A stretch of DNA of 64,000 bases, taken from assembly GCA_047495785.1 (NCBI GenBank), contig JBLDXI010000014.1:620001-684000 (forward strand), given 5' to 3'. Shown here piece by piece: positions 58,391-64,000 of this stretch. This stretch comes from Lepidodermella squamata. Lineage: Eukaryota > Animalia > Gastrotricha. Under the pieces are notes generated by a model, which was given only the letters and a program-made list of their open reading frames with translations, was not told where the DNA came from and made no database searches. The position numbers and the translations under genes are program-made. Position 1 is the first letter of the stretch; each line of letters begins with the position of its first letter.

Positions 58391-61300
58391 CAAATTTGAG
58401 CAATCTTTTCCAAATTTTGGTCGCCTGAAGTTGAGTGTGATTCGGCAATCATAGCCATTAAACGAAAAGCTTCGACCCGCCCTAAAAAGTAGGCATGATG
58501 TTTTAATCCCGCGAAGATTAAATAGGGAAAACCTCCAGTTACCTCCAAAGAAAAACGAACGGCTCTCCATTACATTAGCTATTGTGAGATTATCATAAAT
58601 CTCCTGTGCTCTCGGGTGTTGTTTGAAACTAGCTCTAATTTCATGCTCCCAAAAGCTTTGAAGAATGTAACCATTCGAGCGAAACAACTCTTCACGTTCC
58701 AAGGTTTGCTTGTAAACTACGCCGTTTGGTTGTCCAGATAGAAAATTTAGTTGTGAGGCCTCAAAGCATTGCAAGCAGCCATGGACAGCACAACCATGAA
58801 CCTCGACAATCAGATCGGGTTCACTCGGAATTTTATCACGACGTGCAACAAAACCGTCGACGCGATAAGGATAACGGTGGCCAGGTATAGATATTCGAAC
58901 TTCTTGACGTGAGTTCTGAGCGTGTTTCATTGAACCATAAGTTTCAGGGTCAGACTCCATCAGAAATTGAAGAAAAGCTATCGAGAGCCTGCTGTGTGAA
59001 TCCTTGCCACAGTAGCCAGCGGTCGGGATGACAGGTAATGTATCCTTCGTAAGAAACAGCTTGCGGAAGCATGTGCTTGTGAGAGAAGCTAGTGTGATGC
59101 ATTCTTTAAAGGCATCAGTAGAACACAACTCCAGCATTAGCGCCCGAAATTTGATTGACGCCTTTTCCAAAACTAGACAATCCTGTATGCAGTATTGCAG
59201 TAACGTGTGGCGAACACTGAACCGTTTCAGTTTGTTTTCGTTGTAGAAAGTTAGAAATTCTGCTCTTTCAGAAGGAGACATTTTGTCAGGCTCATAGTAG
59301 ATCATATTAGGCAGCTGTGGGAATTCGAGATTGAAACTCGAAGGATTACAGCGAATTCAATCACAATAGCTCAAGAAGTTGATGATGTACTTACTTTTCT
59401 TTAGTGCATAAGACGTAAGGAAAGAAGGTTTTCTTGTCTGGGATTCCCATTGTTGCTGGTAAATCCCTGTTGTTGAACAAATACCTGTAAGCAATGTAGT
59501 TTCTTAGTGTTTCTTAGGTAACCTACCTTAATCTGCATTGAAAAAAGAGATATGAATCCAAAAATCTGATTTTTTGTTGTTTGAAATCAATGCATAGTAG
59601 AGATCCCTGCCTTTGAAGAATCTTCACTTTAGAACATCGTGTTTGAATTTCTTTCAGTAATAATAAGGAATCGAAATTGGCTGAGTTGTGAGCCAAATAA
59701 ATCGACTGGTAATTCATAGGTAGAAGCACCCAGTTTACGAAATCCTCCAGAGGACGACTTCCATAAAAAATATGAAGTCCACAACTAGAATGGCATCGCT
59801 GAATCCTCGCTTCGATGCAGTGAGGTATGCATACGACCTTTGCAACGATAAGGCATACTTGGAACTCATTGTTGTTATCAGCAAGTGATGGCGAAAATGT
59901 CTCAGTGTCCCAAAAAACTAGGTTACGATAACGTTCCAGTTTATTCGCCGGTTTCAAGGGCTAAAAATACACCAACCACAGTATTTTGAAAAAAGCTGGA
60001 CTGAAAAAAATGAGTATACCAAGGGAGTCATGAAGCAGAAGTGTGTGCCATTTTCTTCGTCGCTGGCTTTCAAAGGCTCCTGACAAATGTGACAGCGCCG
60101 CCCGGGACACATAGCCTCATGCTTGAGAAAATGTACAAATTTCCTCCCGCATTTAAAGCATGGATTCTTTTTAGCACATTTGTGGTTTTGCTTACAACGT
60201 TCGCTATACAAAACTAAAAACATAAAAAGAGCTGAATAATAATGAAAAGGTTAAAAACATCAGACCTGCACGACATTGCGGACACCGCGTGTAGTTTTGT
60301 TGGTCTGTGTTGGAAATCACACGGCAAATGCTCCCTGATACACCTAAAATAATATTAATGATAAAAGAAGTGAAATTCAGGTTTTTCATGTAAAAATTAC
60401 GGCAGGAAGAGCATGCCAACTTGCATCTGTGCACAGCCGTACTCGTTTTCGTCTGAAAGCAAGTGGGGCATATTCGTTGTGCATTGCTAAGAGTGGCCTT
60501 CATAAAGTTGAGATTCGCAATGACATGAAAATGATGACTGTTGGGCTGAGAGACGTCGTTGCGATAAACCAGTAGAACAACAGGAAGCAACCCAAGGCTT
60601 ACGCGATGATCAAATTCTGGGATTTCCCTAATAACATCCTGTGATTCGTACGAGTATACTACGAATCTGTAAGTATTATGTTCAGGATCGATAGCCGAAC
60701 ACAGGGCTGAGTAATGATCATCTAGATTGTAGGCTGGAAGGTTGAGAGGTAAGCCCGCTTTCTGATATAGCGCCGTGGCTTCGCGAAATTGACGATTGGT
60801 TCGCGTACTACGTATCGATTTGAAGGTTGCTTGAAGAGATGGATCCGTAGGATTCGCCTTCATGTGAGCCAAAGCCACTCCAGTGATGAGAGCTCTGCCC
60901 ATGCAAAGATTGTTCGTTTCATTCTTGCGCGCTCCGATTCTAACGATCGATTTGGAGCGAAGAAAAAATTTGTCCAAAGTTTCGTTTATAGCCCGCTCTG
61001 CCCGAGAACCACCAACAATTTGACCTAGATCTGCATTGGGGTTATCAATGACACAGAGACGAATTGTCCACCGACCAGCAAATGAGAGTTCTTCATTACT
61101 CTGTAATATTTTTCTCAGTTGATCAAAAATTGAAATTTCCAGCAACCGATCGCGTTTCATGAAGGGTAGGCTAAGAGGCATCTTCAAGTCGGGGTGGTAC
61201 AGTGTTAGCCGGCAGAAGGAATTCACAGGTAAATCACGATGGATATTTACAACAATATCGAACAGGAAGTTGGCCAGAATATTGAAGCGGGTCTCCAAAT

Positions 61301-61559
61301 CAATATTAGCCACCTGGTCGGCTGGTACGTTCTGCACAAATGATCGAATATTATCCAGTCGAGGTTCATCAGCGCCACCAGACAATTGAATCATCGGCCC
61401 AAGCGAACTAGAAGATTGGCCATATCTGTTGATGTAGGTTGAGGCAAAGTCGGATGTTACGGGCTGAATGAAGTACTCCACAGAAAACATTTTGAATTTT
61501 GTAGAATGAATCAGGCGATTACTTCGAATAAATGAGTATTGTAAACTATAGTTATCCAT
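58391..61559 (-). CDS. Protein-primed DNA polymerase B (right copy, frame intact), with inserted VSR/PD-(D/E)xK-like nuclease segment; cut off just after the GGR motif
   Basis: Same exons as the left copy plus YRVDGF...IVEVHGCAVHGC...SFWEHE and FFG|GRVEAF (intron 58482-58542); polymerase motifs A (DxxSLYP), B and C are absent. Confidence 0.87.
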
Positions 61560-61676
61560 AACAATCTAAGATTAAAAATTTAAAATTGATCGAATTTGGG
61601 AAGAGGTAAAACTTTATTACAAGGATAGATTGAAATAAATATTCAGTAAGTCATTTTAGTCAAGTTTTGTGTTAGC

Positions 61677-62198
61677 TTATTCATTGGCTGTTTCAATCAT
61701 CGCTGCAACAGTTAACACCCCAGTTGCAAGGTCTTGAAACTGAGCTGCATCAAGAGAGACTCCTTGTCTTGAGGGTTGTTTATTTCCTAAAAAGTTAAAT
61801 CATAAAAAGATTGCTATTACTGTAAATTTGAAGTAAATACCTTTAGCATCCAGATAAAACCTGCGTATATCTATAAGAATCGGTGAAAATGATGGCACAA
61901 AGACACAGACTTCAATTTTGCATTCATGCATCGAAAATTTAAAGCCTGTGTTGTGAGATAGCAGGGCAAGTTGAGCCTGAGCAACCCAAGCATCATTCGG
62001 CGGTCGAAAATAAGGAACGAACTGGCTAAGAAATTCGTCTTGTCTAAAGGCGAGTTTTTTAGGCTTATCGTTCTTATCTTTGCGATCAGTCATTATGTAG
62101 ATGAGATTAGAATCCTGAGGATGCTGTTGAATGACCAAGTTACTAGACATGTGATGATTGACTGTCTGGTTAGCAGATTCTACTATCGCCTCAGCCAT
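61677..62198 (-). CDS. PC4/Sub1-like ssDNA-binding protein (right copy, intact)
   Basis: Uninterrupted ORF 62198-~61842 plus spliced last exon GNKQPSRQGVSLDAAQFQDL...ANE*. Confidence 0.85.
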
Positions 62199-62240
62199 GA
62201 TTATTGAAAATTAAATCTAATGAAATAAGAATGTAAAACT

Positions 62241-62603
62241 TTAAGGGATGGGTTCTTTATATTGGCATAACTTTTCATGCCCAAAAATGAGGTCATAAGT
62301 TAGAGTAATGGGACAGCCTTTATCAGAATATTGGCATTTGTAAATCAAATTCGAGATAATGTTCGATAAAATTACAGGGGGTTTAACGAAATCTTTCCCT
62401 GTTAATGATTCGCGGCAAAGTGGACAGCAACATACTGTTCGAGCTGAATTTTGAAAAATAGCGAGAACACATTTAGTACAAAATAAATGGCCACAGGGGC
62501 GCGTTTGAATAGGATTAAGTAGGATAGATAAACAAATTGGACATTGCAAAGATTCAGCGTCTAAAATCTGGCTGTTCGAGAGCACAAGTCTTGTTGGATC
62601 CAT
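62241..62603 (-). CDS. RING + TRAF-type zinc finger protein (mirror copy)
   Basis: Translation identical to 54656-55018. Confidence 0.88.
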   Translation of the reverse strand: MDPTRLVLSNSQILDAESLQCPICLSILLNPIQTRPCGHLFCTKCVLAIFQNSARTVCCCPLCRESLTGKDFVKPPVILSNIISNLIYKCQYSDKGCPITLTYDLIFGHEKLCQYKEPIP

Positions 62604-62613
62604 CAATGAGGAT

Positions 62614-63378
62614 TCAAGTCTGAGAGATTACAGGCGTGATAAGAGAGGCAACATACTGAGAAGCTTGCTTTAGAACCTCAGAGGCATTCAAATTATCAGT
62701 GTCGATAACAAGCACGGGACATGGTAGGGATTTGTTTGTAGTCTCAACAGTACACATTTTTTCATGAAACTCATGTACGAGGCGTAAATAATCCAGTGAT
62801 AATAGCATTTCAGAACCCCGAGCTCTAGCTACGGCTCTTTGACAAGCTATTTGGGGAGAGGAGCGCAAGTAAATAATAGCTTCAGTTTTTACAAAATTCG
62901 GCTCGAAATTATCATACAAATTCATGAGAGCGTGATATTCGATAGAATTTATGCGCTTGGATGCATACGCACATGGGATAAAGACGTTTTTAGAACAGAA
63001 GGGCGTTCGATCATGCAGAACGATAGTATGCGCCCCGTAGATTTCAGGTTTGTGGTTAGGGGCTGAATAAAGGCCGCACATATCACTCGTGGCTACAATT
63101 TGAAAGTTGAACGCATTTTTCATCTGATAGTAATCTTTCAAAATGTTAGTTTTATCGTCATCAGTAAAGGACTCCCAACGATGAACAGGCTCGCAAATTG
63201 GCCACGCGGTATATCCCTGAAGTTTACGGTTGAGTGAAGGTAGATTAGTGAGACCCTCGATTAAGGTTGATTTCCCGCTAAAACAAGAGACTTTAAATAG
63301 AATTCTATTCGGTGGAGTATATGAGACTTACGCCCCAATGTTGCCGACTATGCCGAAATGGTAGACTTTAGGATGCAT
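62614..63378 (-). CDS. Deoxynucleoside kinase (mirror copy)
   Basis: Reverse complement of 53881-54645; identical translation. Confidence 0.88.
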
Positions 63379-63812
63379 CCAGCTTGCTTCAAGAAATATG
63401 CTAAGTGTATTCTTGAAGCATCTCTCTTAAATAGTCTGAGTGATATTTCCATAAAAGGAAAAAACAGGGAGATGTTTTGTTTGAATTGTTTAAGGTAATT
63501 ACACCGTAAAGGGTAAAAAATCCTAATTGCTTTTTATTTTGATAAGTAAAAAATCGCATTGTTTAATTAGGGAGGATGTATAAGATTTATTGACATGATG
63601 TTTTCTTATTGAATTACCGACAGCAATTAAGGAGGATGTATACAATACCAAGAATCTTTGATGAAAAGCATTAAAGCCAGCACTGAGGGGTCAACAGAGC
63701 TAAAGGCCCTAATGCATTTTTAAGGAAGATTGAATTACAAAAACAATATGCCTGAAAGGAGGTAGCCGCTCACATAAAAATCGAACCTCAGTAACAATAT
63801 AAATTATAAAAT

Positions 63813-64000
63813 ATGAAGCTGAAGGTAGAGCTAACAAGTAACAAAGCTAAAGAACCGACAAAGCATACTAAAGGCTCTGTGGGTTGGGACATCTATTCAG
63901 CAGAAGAGACGACACTGCAACCTGGAACCAGGGGACTGATTCAAACTGATATTAAAATCTGTTTACCACGAGGATATTATGGACAACTATTCAGTCGATC
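63813..64000 (+). CDS. dut: dUTPase (mirror copy, partial at the window end)
   Basis: MKLKVELTSNKAKEPTKHTKGSVGWDIYS..., reverse complement of 53259-53446. Confidence 0.88.
   Translation, partial: MKLKVELTSNKAKEPTKHTKGSVGWDIYSAEETTLQPGTRGLIQTDIKICLPRGYYGQLFSR

Larger units (their letters stand above)
52490..64000. mobile_element. Maverick/Polinton (endogenous virus-like element): left end plus inverted duplicate; no integrase, ATPase, protease or capsid gene in the window
   Basis: AGTAGT terminus at 52490, subterminal tandem repeats, protein-primed PolB, and accessory dUTPase, dNK, RING and PC4 genes. Confidence 0.85.
53259..64000. repeat. Giant inverted repeat: arms 53259-58390 and 58866-64000 (continues past the window), 475-bp spacer 58391-58865
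   Basis: Identical ORFs on opposite strands; mirror-coordinate sums are 117256, 117257 and 117259, shifting only at a 1-bp T-run indel and a 17-vs-19-nt block substitution. Confidence 0.97.

Noticed and set aside
52490-64000. Giant-virus (NCLDV) insertion suggested by dUTPase, dNK and RING
   Set aside because: The polymerase is of the protein-primed Polinton type and the terminus is AGTAGT; no NCLDV core genes are present

Overview
Gene-dense eukaryotic DNA with many short (mostly ~50-90 bp) GT-AG introns. The gene set (alpha2delta, CFAP300, ANKRD42, CEP19) suggests an animal with motile cilia. 1-52 kb holds host genes: TBL1X-like (partial), CEP19, an orphan low-complexity gene, two tandem secreted Cu/Zn-SOD-like genes, RBMX2, DCN1, DDX3/PL10, CACNA2D, LARS1, an accessory block (two alpha-arrestins, three ankyrin genes, an intron-bearing bacterial-type biuret hydrolase fusion, NADAR), ANKRD42, CFAP300 and a DH-PH RhoGEF. 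There are also two MITEs (TA-TSD type and hAT type). From 52490 (AGTAGT terminus) a Maverick/Polinton virus-like element begins. It carries intron-interrupted dUTPase, deoxynucleoside kinase, PC4-like and protein-primed DNA polymerase B genes plus an intronless RING gene. The element folds back on itself as a >5 kb near-perfect palindrome (arms 53259-58390 and 58866-64000). One of the two arm differences I found matches a PacBio barcode sequence as I recall it, so the palindrome may be a library or assembly artefact rather than a snap-back element. All homology calls are from motif recognition by eye; no searches were run.
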